Source: a virus. From it: DNA of 64,000 nt. Both the position numbers and the translations under genes were made by a program. The stretch is from positions 3,779 through 67,778 of the IMG/VR virus record IMGVR_UViG_3300031578_004185; one strand, written 5' to 3'. Under the pieces are notes generated by a model that saw only the letters and a program-made list of their open reading frames with translations, did not search any database and was not told the DNA's origin. Positions 53,836 through 63,470 of the stretch are shown in pieces (position 1 is the stretch's first letter; each line of letters starts with the position of its first letter).

Positions 53836-54084
53836 TCAAGAGAATACTGCCTTAGTCCCTAGCTCCTTCGCCTTCTGGTTAGCGAACCGTCGTGCTAGCG
53901 ACCAGAGACGGAACCTCTTGACATCGCCCCGTCTTCCTGCTGCGTTTAGATTACCGTCCTGTGCCCAAGACACCTCGTGGTAACGCCCACTGGCAGTCTC
54001 GTCCTTGTGTACAGCGAACACGGACGGCTCAACCTTGTACCGCCCTCTCCTCTCCCGTGGGTTTGTATAAGCATACTTTGCCAT
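53836..54084 (-). CDS. Small basic protein
   Basis: SD GGAGG, first gene after promoter. Confidence 0.65.
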   Translation of the reverse strand: MAKYAYTNPRERRGRYKVEPSVFAVHKDETASGRYHEVSWAQDGNLNAAGRRGDVKRFRLWSLARRFANQKAKELGTKAVFS

Positions 54085-54117
54085 TATCTACTTCCTCCTA
54101 ACACCAGCTAACCACAC

Positions 54118-54146
54118 AGTATACCACCAAAATACCCACCTGTCAA
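54118..54146 (-). promoter_or_regulatory. Near-consensus sigma70 promoter
   Basis: TTGACA, 17 nt, TATACT with TG extension. Confidence 0.9.
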
Positions 54147-54171
54147 GCCCTCCCACCAACTACCCATAAAA

Positions 54172-54210
54172 AGGATAAAAAGAAGGGGAGCCGACCTTAG
54201 CCAGCTCCCC
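54172..54210 (-). terminator. Rho-independent terminator
   Basis: GGGGAGC/GCTCCCC stem followed by TTCTTTTT. Confidence 0.8.
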
Positions 54211-54268
54211 ACGATAAGCAGAGACCCGATACCCCTTCACCTAACCATACCACGGAGGAGGGTGCTTG

Positions 54269-54475
54269 TCAAGACCTGACCACAACGGGCTGTCCCTGCT
54301 CGCACTGCTTCCTCACCGGGCACAACCGACACTTCTCGCTGGACAAATCGGGTTTTTGGGACAGGTAGCAGGCAGGAACGCGATAGAGCGTGGTCGAGGC
54401 GAGGCGGACATAATTGTCGGACTGAGCCAGTATCGGTACTCCTTCAGTCGGTACTTCCTCGGTTGGTACTTCCAC
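54269..54475 (-). CDS. Small Cys-containing protein
   Basis: TAATG coupling; C..C motifs. Confidence 0.5.
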   Translation of the reverse strand: MEVPTEEVPTEGVPILAQSDNYVRLASTTLYRVPACYLSQKPDLSSEKCRLCPVRKQCEQGQPVVVRS

Positions 54476-54942
54476 TATTCATTCTCCTCTAACACCTTAC
54501 TCAAATCAGTGGCTATTGTTGCCTGCGGTTCTACCAAACAAGCCACAAACGGTATCGGGTCTGTCTTAATCTGAGCCTTAGCTATAGCCTTAAATGCTGT
54601 ATCATCAAGTTTGAGTGCCATCTTGTGTTCGACAGCCCACTTGAAGGCTTCCGCACCGTCGTAGCTATAGGTCGTTATTTCCCTGACACCCACGCCTTCG
54701 GCTGGAGATTTACTCCCTGTTTCCCTATATACCCTGAGAGTAAGTTCCCGTAACTTTGACTCCTCTACAGCCACACTTGCTCCAGCCTGTGTCAGGTCAT
54801 CCAGAAGCTCTTGATTATTCTTATTCCAATTCTCCAGCAGTAAATCCCTTTGCCTTTTGAGCTTCGCTGTTCCTGACCGGGCCTCGGCAACAATCATTAT
54901 CTGTGCTTTCAACTCCGCTAATGTAAACCCTTCTGTTGTCAT
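54475..54942 (-). CDS. Coiled-coil phage protein (Gam/Gp157-like, uncertain)
   Basis: MTTEGFTLAELK...GVGVRE...LKLD; SD GGAGG. Confidence 0.5.
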   Translation of the reverse strand: MTTEGFTLAELKAQIMIVAEARSGTAKLKRQRDLLLENWNKNNQELLDDLTQAGASVAVEESKLRELTLRVYRETGSKSPAEGVGVREITTYSYDGAEAFKWAVEHKMALKLDDTAFKAIAKAQIKTDPIPFVACLVEPQATIATDLSKVLEENE

Positions 54943-57644
54943 TATTTCTCCTCCAAACTGTATTTCGCCAAAGAACCCCATTTTTTACCCACCTTGAAAT
55001 CCACTTTCACGGGTACCTCCAGTTTCACGACACCTGTCATGATACCTCGCATCCAAACGAGGAACTCTCGCACGAACTCAGGGTCGTCCTCCAGTTCCAC
55101 TATAAGACTGTCGTGGATCTGCATCAACCATCCCGCCTTATCCCGCCAACCTGTTCTCGGTAGTCCTCGCCACAATTCACCCATAGCCAGTTTTATAATA
55201 CCTTGAGCTGACGATGTGACGGGCATGTTGGCCGCCATCCTCAGACCAGACTCCTGCACTGACCGCACAGGGCAAGACACCTCAGGAATGAACCGCCGAC
55301 GACCGAACATATCAGCAACATACCCGTACCTGCGTGCCATAGCTGCCATCTCCAGCTGGTAATCCCTGACTTCGGGGTATAGCTCGTACCAGTCGGCAAT
55401 AAACTTCTCGCAGTCTTGCTCCGTCCACGGCTCGATGTCGACAGGCTCCCCCTCCATCTCCAAGTCGGCAATATACTCTGCTATCTGCGCCGACAACCCC
55501 TTCGCGCCAATCATGTAGATAACTCCGAAGTTGGCCCGTTTGGTAGGGTACCGATACTTCTCCTTCCCAGCCTCCTCGTATGGCACGCCAAATATCTCGG
55601 AGGCGGTCAAGGTGTGCGGATCGTCCCCGCGCAGGAATAGCTCTATTAAACCTCGACACCGCGCAAGATGGGCTTGCGTACACATCTCTATCTGAGCCAG
55701 ATCCCCCTCAGCCAACAGCCGACCATCAGGGGCAACGAACCCGCTCTTAATCGCCTTACCCTCTTTACTCCTAGTCGGGATGTTCTGCAAGTTCGGGTCC
55801 GCGCTAGCCAGTCTTCCCGTCTCTACTCTGGTCGTTTTCAAGGTCGTATGGACTCTAGGAATACCAGCCTTGCTAGGTCTAGCCCACTCTAGCAGAGCGT
55901 CCGAGTAAGTCCCCTTCATCTTGCTCAGTCGACGATACTCAATAACTCCCTTAGCTACAGGATGCCCGGTCTTTTTCAGTTCCTGATCATCCGTGCTGAT
56001 TAGCCCTGTCGCTGTAGTCCTAGTCGGTTTGAAACCCAGCTCGTTGTATACTACCTCGGCGACCTGCTTGGAACTGGATGGATTGAATGGATGACCAACC
56101 ACCGAAGCCACCTCCGAGGCCTTCGCCCGCATCCGGGCGTCATAATCTACGGATAAGTTGCGGAAGTGGTCGAGGTCAACTGCCATACCCGTGTCCATCA
56201 TCTCCCTGACCATCGGGAGTATGTTGGTGTCCATCCACAGCACGAAGTCCAGCCCTGCCTCGTGGATAAGTTGCTCCATTTTTAGCTTGACACGAAGAGT
56301 GGTGTCTGCATCACGGGTCGCGTACCGCACAGCATCCTCAAAGGGGATATCGACGAGAGACGACTCCGGCATAGTATCCAGCACCTTCTCTACACACTCA
56401 CGTTCGGTATCGGGTATCTTACGCCACTTGTCCCACAGATCAATATCCTCGCCCTTCTCCATATCCTTGAACATCTTGGCTATCTTGCGGGATATATGCC
56501 ATGGGTGCTTGACGCGAGTAACAATTCTCCCTTGCTTGTTATTCCACTTGGTCTCCTCCAGCTCGGGTGGGTCCGGCCACTCCCGCTTAGACGCCTCAGT
56601 AAGGTAGTCCAAAGCGATCCTGTGTTGCCCAGGACGAACCACTTCGGAGTAATCGACCATCTTTACCCCGCACAGGTTCTGGGCGAGCGTCTTTAACCCT
56701 TGTGGCAACCCTAATAGGTAGGCAGAAACCATTGTATCTGTGAAATCATTACCGGGGATATCCAACCATTTAATATCGTGAAGGTAGTAGTGGACTATGA
56801 TATGACCCCAGCTCGCTGTACTACTAACTCCGCTCCGATAAACCTTAGCTGGAATAAAGAATCCACGCCCGGGCGCCACACTCGCCTGAACACTCCACAA
56901 CTCCGAATCCTGCTTGACGGATTCAGTGTCTACGGCAACTTGGCCAAAACCCTTGAAAGTCGACGCGACACGATACAGCTTCTCAGGTGTATCCAGTACT
57001 TGATAATCAGGATTTGGGTACTCGTCTCTTACCATATAGTCCGAGACCGACTTCCCCCGAAGCAACCCTCGCAACACTTGGAAATCCTCGTAGATAAAGC
57101 GCAGGGTGGATGTGTCATGAAGACCAGCGGCGGGGTGGTAGACGGGAAGTATAATCCTGCCGTCCTTCTCGATAGGTCGTCCATGGAGGTGCTCCACCGT
57201 GTCAGCATCGTTCCCCAATATCGCACGGATAGCGAAAGCACCCATAGCCACAATAATCTGCGGTTGGACGATAGACAACTCGATATTGAGCCACTTAGCA
57301 CAAGCACCCACAGGACCGGGCTTCGGGGGAGTGTTGCCACGAGTCAGGCACTTCACGACGTTGGTAATATAGACATCCTCCCTGTTCAACCCACACTGGA
57401 AAAGCAGAGACTCAAGTTGCCGACCATCCTTGCCGATGAATGGCTCTCCCCACTCGTCCTCTTCTTTACCTGGGTTCTGTCCCAGAAACATAACAGATGC
57501 AGGAACGGCACCTTCACCCGGAACAGGGGCAGTGCAACTTGCGCGCAACTCACAGTCCGAACACTGCCGGACAAGGTTGCCCGGGAAGGGGAGAGACTCG
57601 GCAGGAGGCAAGGAGGGCGCGGGGCGACGGTAATAGCTAGGCAC
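54942..57644 (-). CDS. Family A DNA polymerase fused to family-4-like uracil-DNA glycosylase domain
   Basis: N-terminal CSDC..C, GQNPGKEED..GEPFIG, YHPAA; polymerase TGRLASADPNLQNIP, DLAQIE, KRANFGVIY, QIHD. Confidence 0.93.
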   Translation of the reverse strand: MPSYYRRPAPSLPPAESLPFPGNLVRQCSDCELRASCTAPVPGEGAVPASVMFLGQNPGKEEDEWGEPFIGKDGRQLESLLFQCGLNREDVYITNVVKCLTRGNTPPKPGPVGACAKWLNIELSIVQPQIIVAMGAFAIRAILGNDADTVEHLHGRPIEKDGRIILPVYHPAAGLHDTSTLRFIYEDFQVLRGLLRGKSVSDYMVRDEYPNPDYQVLDTPEKLYRVASTFKGFGQVAVDTESVKQDSELWSVQASVAPGRGFFIPAKVYRSGVSSTASWGHIIVHYYLHDIKWLDIPGNDFTDTMVSAYLLGLPQGLKTLAQNLCGVKMVDYSEVVRPGQHRIALDYLTEASKREWPDPPELEETKWNNKQGRIVTRVKHPWHISRKIAKMFKDMEKGEDIDLWDKWRKIPDTERECVEKVLDTMPESSLVDIPFEDAVRYATRDADTTLRVKLKMEQLIHEAGLDFVLWMDTNILPMVREMMDTGMAVDLDHFRNLSVDYDARMRAKASEVASVVGHPFNPSSSKQVAEVVYNELGFKPTRTTATGLISTDDQELKKTGHPVAKGVIEYRRLSKMKGTYSDALLEWARPSKAGIPRVHTTLKTTRVETGRLASADPNLQNIPTRSKEGKAIKSGFVAPDGRLLAEGDLAQIEMCTQAHLARCRGLIELFLRGDDPHTLTASEIFGVPYEEAGKEKYRYPTKRANFGVIYMIGAKGLSAQIAEYIADLEMEGEPVDIEPWTEQDCEKFIADWYELYPEVRDYQLEMAAMARRYGYVADMFGRRRFIPEVSCPVRSVQESGLRMAANMPVTSSAQGIIKLAMGELWRGLPRTGWRDKAGWLMQIHDSLIVELEDDPEFVREFLVWMRGIMTGVVKLEVPVKVDFKVGKKWGSLAKYSLEEK

Positions 57645-58236
57645 CCCGGAACCTCTCGATATCGTCTAATACCTTACGCAAAGCAACTGGGGCAAACTCG
57701 ATAACATCAGCACTAACATTCACGCGACCTCCAGCGAGAAAGCGTCGCTTGTAGATATAGGGCTTGTTGTTATGAACATGCCCATGAACCACCCATCCAC
57801 GCCACCAGTACGGGATGAATAGAGGACTCGGTTCGTGAACGACCAAGACGGACAGCGTGTCAGTTACTATGATAGCAGACAACCCAATACTGACAACACC
57901 ATCCCCCAGAACCGACGTCGGACGAATGCCCTTGTCGTGACTACCCTTTATGTACACCTTCCTACCGGAGAGTTGCGATAACCACCAGCGGGCGGAGCGA
58001 GCACCGCGACCAAAGCACATATCGCCGAGAAAGAACACCAAATCATCGTCGGCAATACACCGCCTCCAATTATCCAGTATAACATTATTCATCTCGGACA
58101 CAGATCGGAACGGCCGGTCGCAGTAGCGTGTAATGTTCTCGTGATCAAAGTGCGGGTCGGAGAACAGCCACGTGTGCGACAACTCACTCTCCGTCACGTG
58201 TATGACCACAGGATCGGCAGAAAGCGGACCAGCCAT
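57637..58236 (-). CDS. Calcineurin-like metallophosphoesterase
   Basis: SDPHFDH, LGD, GSHD, HEP, HGHVH. Confidence 0.9.
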   Translation of the reverse strand: MAGPLSADPVVIHVTESELSHTWLFSDPHFDHENITRYCDRPFRSVSEMNNVILDNWRRCIADDDLVFFLGDMCFGRGARSARWWLSQLSGRKVYIKGSHDKGIRPTSVLGDGVVSIGLSAIIVTDTLSVLVVHEPSPLFIPYWWRGWVVHGHVHNNKPYIYKRRFLAGGRVNVSADVIEFAPVALRKVLDDIERFRGA

Positions 58237-58238
58237 CT

Positions 58239-58454
58239 CTAACCTGCCAAACCCTCTAGGTGTTCTCGGCAGGCGTCTCGCACCATTGGGATAGTCGCGC
58301 CAGCCTGTAGGAACCGAGCCACTACATCGTCGTGGTAGTGAAGCTCCAGCACGTGGTCATCCGGCTCTACTAACTCGAACCCCTTAGTGCCGTATTCGCC
58401 TAGCGTAGCGTCAAGTATTGACTGCAATCCGTGTTCTTTATCGTAAATCGCCAC
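58239..58454 (-). CDS. Hypothetical protein
   Basis: 71-aa ORF, SD GGAGG. Confidence 0.6.
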   Translation of the reverse strand: MAIYDKEHGLQSILDATLGEYGTKGFELVEPDDHVLELHYHDDVVARFLQAGATIPMVRDACREHLEGLAG

Positions 58455-58458
58455 CTTA

Positions 58459-58692
58459 CTAACCCTCCTTCCTACTATCTGTCTGTGCGTCCAAACTACC
58501 GTAGTCAGCTTGATCTCTGTAACGAGGTTCGTTGTCTTTGTATAACCGCTCCGTCCCGTCTCTCAAGACTACTCGGACGGTATCGGAACGCAGTTCCACT
58601 CGCTTTATATCACCTGGTTTTGTAAGCCTGTTAATGAATAGCATTATCGTTAGTCTCCTTACTATTTGATTGCGGGTCAGTTGTCGGTGCAT
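58459..58692 (-). CDS. Hypothetical protein
   Basis: Operon position; start probably MLFINR. Confidence 0.5.
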   Translation of the reverse strand: MHRQLTRNQIVRRLTIMLFINRLTKPGDIKRVELRSDTVRVVLRDGTERLYKDNEPRYRDQADYGSLDAQTDSRKEG

Positions 58693-58825
58693 AGGTTCTC
58701 CCGCACTTGGGACACCGATACCTTTGAACTAAGTGCCTACCCGACCAGACCTTGCCCATACGGTGCATCTTGGAACCACATTCGGGGCAAAGGACTACGG
58801 TGTCGTTATTATTGCCTGTAGTCAT
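58631..58825 (-). CDS. InsA-like Zn-ribbon protein (close paralog of 23649..23852)
   Basis: CPECGSKMHRMGKVWSGRHLVQRYRCPKCGRTYAP. Confidence 0.75.
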   Translation of the reverse strand: MTTGNNNDTVVLCPECGSKMHRMGKVWSGRHLVQRYRCPKCGRTYAPTTDPQSNSKETNDNAIH

Positions 58826-60165
58826 TTTACCACTCTCTGCCTATTCTGCCACTTCATCGTATCTACCCGTTTAGCCACGTCAAAGTTCAGCATCCCATCA
58901 GAGGTAATCAACTCAATCTCTAGTCCCCTCTTCAGTGCATCCCGCTCCGACCTAGCACTATCATCGAACCCGACTTGGGAAACGATAATCGCCCTTTTGA
59001 CTGGTTGGTGTACGACAGGATGTGTCTCAACGGCGGTTGCAAATTGCTGGAGCACATTATACTTTACTAAGAAAGTTTTGGTCTGGATGGGAATGCCGTC
59101 AGGGGTTATCCCATCTACACCTCGGTCTGGATTAGGCTTGGTCGCTCCATAGAACTCATTGACCCATGCTTCGAACTCTAGTGGCTTTAGCCTCTTTACT
59201 GCCTCTAAGTCTCGCTCAATAACAGGCTCGCTTATCAGGCCCGCCCCCAAGTTATTGGGGAGCTGATTACACCTGCTCTGGGTAGCACTGATAGCTTGGT
59301 TGCTAGCGTCTATCCCTATCCACTTCCGACCTAGCTTCTGTGCTGCCACTACCGCCGTCCCGCAACCACAGAATGGGTCAAGAAGGACATCGTTGGGACG
59401 GCTTGAAGCATTGATGACTCGCTCTAACAAGGTTAAAGGCTTCTGTGTAGGGTAGCCCAACATTTCGTTGCCATGAGACGCTGTAGATGATGGTATGTCA
59501 TCCCACCAATCGTAAGGCAACTGCCCGTCCGGGTGCAGATAAACCTTACCTGACTCGTTCTGTCCAGTCTTGTAATATCGCCTCCCGTCAGGGTCAGTAT
59601 GAGCAACTGCTTGTATTTTTTCGGAGTAGGGTATCCTTATCGCATCACTGTTGAACGTGTACTTGCTTGATTTCGTGTAGAACAGGATAATATCATGCTT
59701 CTTCCTGAACTTGTTGGTTGCGTTTCCACCCTTGTAGCACCATACCAACTCATTTCTAAAGTTCTCCCACCCGAATATCTCATCCATAATCATCTTCAGA
59801 TAGTGGCTTGCCTTCTCATCGCAATGCAGGTAGATGCTACCAGTTTGCTTCAGAACTCTGTGGCACTGCTGGAGTCTCAATCGCATATAGTAAAGATACT
59901 TGGCAAAATCGGGGCGCAATCTCCCCAACTCTTTTAACCACCCAGGGGCACTGACGGAGTAACCCTGTTTGCTCCAGAACGCCCTACTGTCATCATAGGA
60001 TACCTCCATCGCCTCCGGTGTCCAAGCATTAGCTTTCACCACCCCTCTCTGCACCTTACCCGTGAAGAAGGGCGGGTCAAGATAAATCAGGTCTATGGAC
60101 TGAGACTCTACATCGTGACTTAATACCGTCAGACAATCTCCGTGGTAGAACACACTGGTTTTCAT
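58822..60165 (-). CDS. N6/N4 DNA methyltransferase fused to Mrr-like endonuclease domain
   Basis: DLIYLDPPF, YPTQKP, DPFCGCGT; C-terminal FEAWV...GVDG...IQTK...SQVGFDDSA. Confidence 0.88.
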   Translation of the reverse strand: MKTSVFYHGDCLTVLSHDVESQSIDLIYLDPPFFTGKVQRGVVKANAWTPEAMEVSYDDSRAFWSKQGYSVSAPGWLKELGRLRPDFAKYLYYMRLRLQQCHRVLKQTGSIYLHCDEKASHYLKMIMDEIFGWENFRNELVWCYKGGNATNKFRKKHDIILFYTKSSKYTFNSDAIRIPYSEKIQAVAHTDPDGRRYYKTGQNESGKVYLHPDGQLPYDWWDDIPSSTASHGNEMLGYPTQKPLTLLERVINASSRPNDVLLDPFCGCGTAVVAAQKLGRKWIGIDASNQAISATQSRCNQLPNNLGAGLISEPVIERDLEAVKRLKPLEFEAWVNEFYGATKPNPDRGVDGITPDGIPIQTKTFLVKYNVLQQFATAVETHPVVHQPVKRAIIVSQVGFDDSARSERDALKRGLEIELITSDGMLNFDVAKRVDTMKWQNRQRVVK

Positions 60166-60200
60166 TTTTGGTTCCCCCTTTTCTTATATATCTACCACAC

Positions 60201-60229
60201 ACTATAACACAGCACAGCACATTTGTCAA
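60201..60229 (-). promoter_or_regulatory. sigma70-type promoter
   Basis: TTGACA, 17 nt (aatgtgctgtgctgtgt), TATAGT. Confidence 0.85.
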
Positions 60230-60260
60230 GAGGTTAGAGGGTTATTTTTCGGGTTATTTT

Positions 60261-60578
60261 TTACCCGCTACTGGTACACGCCTTCCCAACCAGCAATAGT
60301 ACTACTACCAGTAGGCCTATCACTGAGAAAAACTTTATTGGGGTAGGCACTCTCCCCCATAAACTACCGACAGAATCGAAGTCAAACGCACTCCGTGGCT
60401 GATTCTCCCTTATCTTGTCCTCGGCATCCCGTATCCGCTTCCTGACTTGAGCTTCCTTCTCAGCATACGCAGCTTTCTCCTCGAGAGACGAGGCTCGGGA
60501 TTCCAACGCAGACAGCTTCCTCTTCTGCTTCTCCTGCTTGGAGAGAGGTCGTAGTCTCCTTCTAACTTCCTCTATCAT
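60261..60578 (-). CDS. Coiled-coil protein with C-terminal TM
   Basis: 105 aa, SD GGAGG. Confidence 0.6.
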   Translation of the reverse strand: MIEEVRRRLRPLSKQEKQKRKLSALESRASSLEEKAAYAEKEAQVRKRIRDAEDKIRENQPRSAFDFDSVGSLWGRVPTPIKFFSVIGLLVVVLLLVGKACTSSG

Positions 60579-61330
60579 TTGTCTCCTCCCCCGTTATGTA
60601 GTTCCGACACAATACTCTTAGCTAGTTTCTTACCAATACCAGGAACAGACAGCCAGTCCTTCTCGGTAGCACCGACCATCTCGGCTACAGACGAGAACCT
60701 GTGAGCAATATCCGCCGACTTTTCCCAACCTACACCCTTTAACTCGCTCGCCACCCGGCGGACAAAACTCGGTCTGACAAGCTGAACAGTCGGCATCGGT
60801 GGCTTGAATATCTGCTTCAGGGACTGGTGCCTGTCGGGAGGGGTTTGGTAGTTATCCCACAGCGCTTTAATAACAGATACTGTCTCCTTAACATCCTCCG
60901 TTCGCTTAATCATTATCCCGGCATCACGATGCAACTCGGTGAGGAACTGGTCGAACCGACTGTAGGTTATTGTCGGTTTTACCGGAGTCCAGATCTCGGC
61001 ACGATGTAGGGTTCGGGGATTGATGCCCCAGACCGGTATCTCCAGCAACCCGTCATCAGGATTAGAACGGACTCTGCCCTCCGCGATGACAATAAAGACA
61101 TCTATCCCGTTCTCCTTGACTATCTGCGCTTGGTGCAGAAGGCGACCATCATTGATGCACTGAACGAGGTCGCCGATCTTCTTACGTTCAACCCCGATCG
61201 TGAGTGCGGTGTCGTTCTCGCCCTTACCCCAGAAAGCACAGTCGGTGAACAGGGGGCAAGGGACGGCAATAGAGCCGAGGGCTTTTATCATGTCCTGATC
61301 GTTGGGGAGATTAGAGCAGAATACAGGCAT
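60575..61330 (-). CDS. ERCC4-type nuclease with HhH domain
   Basis: TDCAF...GVERKKIGDL; VPGIGKK. Confidence 0.85.
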   Translation of the reverse strand: MPVFCSNLPNDQDMIKALGSIAVPCPLFTDCAFWGKGENDTALTIGVERKKIGDLVQCINDGRLLHQAQIVKENGIDVFIVIAEGRVRSNPDDGLLEIPVWGINPRTLHRAEIWTPVKPTITYSRFDQFLTELHRDAGIMIKRTEDVKETVSVIKALWDNYQTPPDRHQSLKQIFKPPMPTVQLVRPSFVRRVASELKGVGWEKSADIAHRFSSVAEMVGATEKDWLSVPGIGKKLAKSIVSELHNGGGDK

Positions 61331-61974
61331 CAGATTACCTCCTGTTCAGCGATAATTCTAGCCAGCGACACCCGGATATCCTCCCCACTAATAGTAGAAC
61401 CGACACAGTCCCAACTATCTGTCCAAGAAGTAGCAAACAGTTCCAACCTAGGGGACAACCCACACAGCTCTACCAGCTCTCGCATCTCCTCGGGTTTCTG
61501 TGAATGGTCACGAACCTTGGTCTGGATAAAGTTAGGTTTCTGGATACGGAAAGCCTTGACCCTGCCCCTGACACCAAGCAATAGTTGCTCCACTTGACCC
61601 CGGTACCAGAATCCCATACCAAGAGACATTATTTTACGCCAGTACAGCGACGTCTTATAGGTAAACCCCCAAGCGGACATCACAGATAAGGCTTCAGGGA
61701 GCAGTGGCGTAGTCGCCCATAGAAACAGAACACTATCACGATCCGCGACCAAAGCAACGGGAAGAGACAGGATGTCGGGGAGAGATAGTGTCTTATACTT
61801 CTGTGCAGAACCACTGCTCATCGAACCACCAGTCCTCTCATTGCGGTAAGTCCACGGGACATCAGCGTAGATCACCTTGTATTTCGGTCTCACTTCCACC
61901 GCTCCCTGACATACCTCGTTGCACCGACTGGGGACAGCCCTAGACGGCGACAATGATGGTACCTGAATAACCAA
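61330..61974 (-). CDS. MT-A70 family adenine methyltransferase
   Basis: YKVIYADVPW, LFLWAT, HSQKP, RLELFA; start may be later. Confidence 0.9.
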   Translation of the reverse strand: MVIQVPSLSPSRAVPSRCNEVCQGAVEVRPKYKVIYADVPWTYRNERTGGSMSSGSAQKYKTLSLPDILSLPVALVADRDSVLFLWATTPLLPEALSVMSAWGFTYKTSLYWRKIMSLGMGFWYRGQVEQLLLGVRGRVKAFRIQKPNFIQTKVRDHSQKPEEMRELVELCGLSPRLELFATSWTDSWDCVGSTISGEDIRVSLARIIAEQEVI

Positions 61975-62117
61975 CGACGGATACGACTAATCATTACAGC
62001 CCCCTTTGAAACAAAGCCTATATCCTACTACTACTACCATATCGCCTCTTTTAATAGCCGAAATTCTTCCGCTACCCACATTATCATCCCCGCTATTAGT
62101 ACAGATACCATCACCCC

Positions 62118-62348
62118 TTACCTCCTAGCCAATTTGGGTTGATAAACTACACCACCCCATTCGGAGTTCCACGCTGTTACTTGGCTCCCATCCGTGAACA
62201 CAATGGTTACTTCGCCACCATCAGATTCGACAGCTAAACCGCCTTTGCTTTCTACACCGAATCTATCTGCGGATGTGTATTTAACTTCAGCCACCGTCTT
62301 GCCCTTTACCTGCTCACTTAATCGGGTTGTCTCTTTATCTCTTGGCAT
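62118..62348 (-). CDS. Hypothetical protein
   Basis: 76-aa ORF. Confidence 0.55.
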   Translation of the reverse strand: MPRDKETTRLSEQVKGKTVAEVKYTSADRFGVESKGGLAVESDGGEVTIVFTDGSQVTAWNSEWGGVVYQPKLARR

Positions 62349-62495
62349 TACCCCTTACTTCCTTTAGCCATCATCAGTGTGGGCATTACCCACATACTAG
62401 GGGCGTATACTACCCCTAGTTTCGGCTTGTATAGGCTTGTCAATCCCGTTCGCTTTTGACTAATTGGTCAACTGACAAGCTCTCCTCCTGACCTC

Positions 62496-63278
62496 TTATT
62501 TATCGTGTACCAGACTGAGCAGGAACTCAAAATTGCACATAGGACCACGCAATATCTGCCCTGCTATGTACGGATTCTGCCGACAGTCCTTGATATACGC
62601 GGAGAACTGCGGACCATCGCTAGTATCCTCTCGGTACATCACCAAGTTCACCTGAACCATATACCCCATATCAGAATACCCGGACAGTTCAAACTCATTG
62701 GTCTTGGTGAGGGAGCTACGACCACTTGAGGTCGGTACGGCCCGCCATATCGCTTTAGTCTTGTGGATAAAAACAGTGTTCATAGGGGAGTCGTAAGCTA
62801 TACGGAGTACCTCTTTCCACTCGTTGTTCACAATAGAGTAATCCGACGGCTTAACCTCGGTGAGCCTCCCGAAATGGGAAAGGCGGCACAACTCATATAG
62901 TTCGGAAGCAGTGTCCCAGATAACGCTACCCGTCCTCAGCTCGTAGACCTTGCGGACACGTTGCCGGAACTCGGCCCAGAGAGACTGCCACATCTCTGCT
63001 TTCCCCTCCCGAGGGACGCGAACGTCATAGAGATACACCTGTTTCCCTTGATCTTGGAACTTACCGACTACGCCTTCTATACCGAGATCCACGTTGAGAT
63101 AAATGATCGGTTCCGGTGCAGTTAGCGCGAAATGCGACTTCCCCGTCTTCTCTCTACCCTCCTCCGAGATAATAAGGCGGCGAGGGGTCTCCACGTAGTC
63201 ATCGCTGAACCCCATCGCTCTGAGTTGCGCTAAGGTTACCTCGTCTTTTTGCTTCGTTGGGCCTGCTGTAGTTACCAT
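62496..63278 (-). CDS. AAA/RecA-like ATPase (Sak4-type recombinase-like)
   Basis: GREKTGKS Walker A, VIWDTASE Walker B, next to exonuclease. Confidence 0.75.
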   Translation of the reverse strand: MVTTAGPTKQKDEVTLAQLRAMGFSDDYVETPRRLIISEEGREKTGKSHFALTAPEPIIYLNVDLGIEGVVGKFQDQGKQVYLYDVRVPREGKAEMWQSLWAEFRQRVRKVYELRTGSVIWDTASELYELCRLSHFGRLTEVKPSDYSIVNNEWKEVLRIAYDSPMNTVFIHKTKAIWRAVPTSSGRSSLTKTNEFELSGYSDMGYMVQVNLVMYREDTSDGPQFSAYIKDCRQNPYIAGQILRGPMCNFEFLLSLVHDK

Positions 63279-63281
63279 TCG

Positions 63282-63470
63282 CTATCCTCCTTCTTTGTTA
63301 ATTTCGCCGAAATCGGGGCTATACCACTCCCCCGTCAGTCCCTCTATATCGGACAAGAAATCCGTCACAGTGTCCCGTTTCTCATCGTCGGTGATGACGG
63401 CGTGGAGATACTTACCATGGTGAATATCGTAGAAATCTTTCACTTTCTGCCAGAACAAATCAGCTCTCAT
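63282..63470 (-). CDS. Hypothetical protein
   Basis: MRADLFWQKVK; SD GGAGG. Confidence 0.55.
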   Translation of the reverse strand: MRADLFWQKVKDFYDIHHGKYLHAVITDDEKRDTVTDFLSDIEGLTGEWYSPDFGEINKEGG

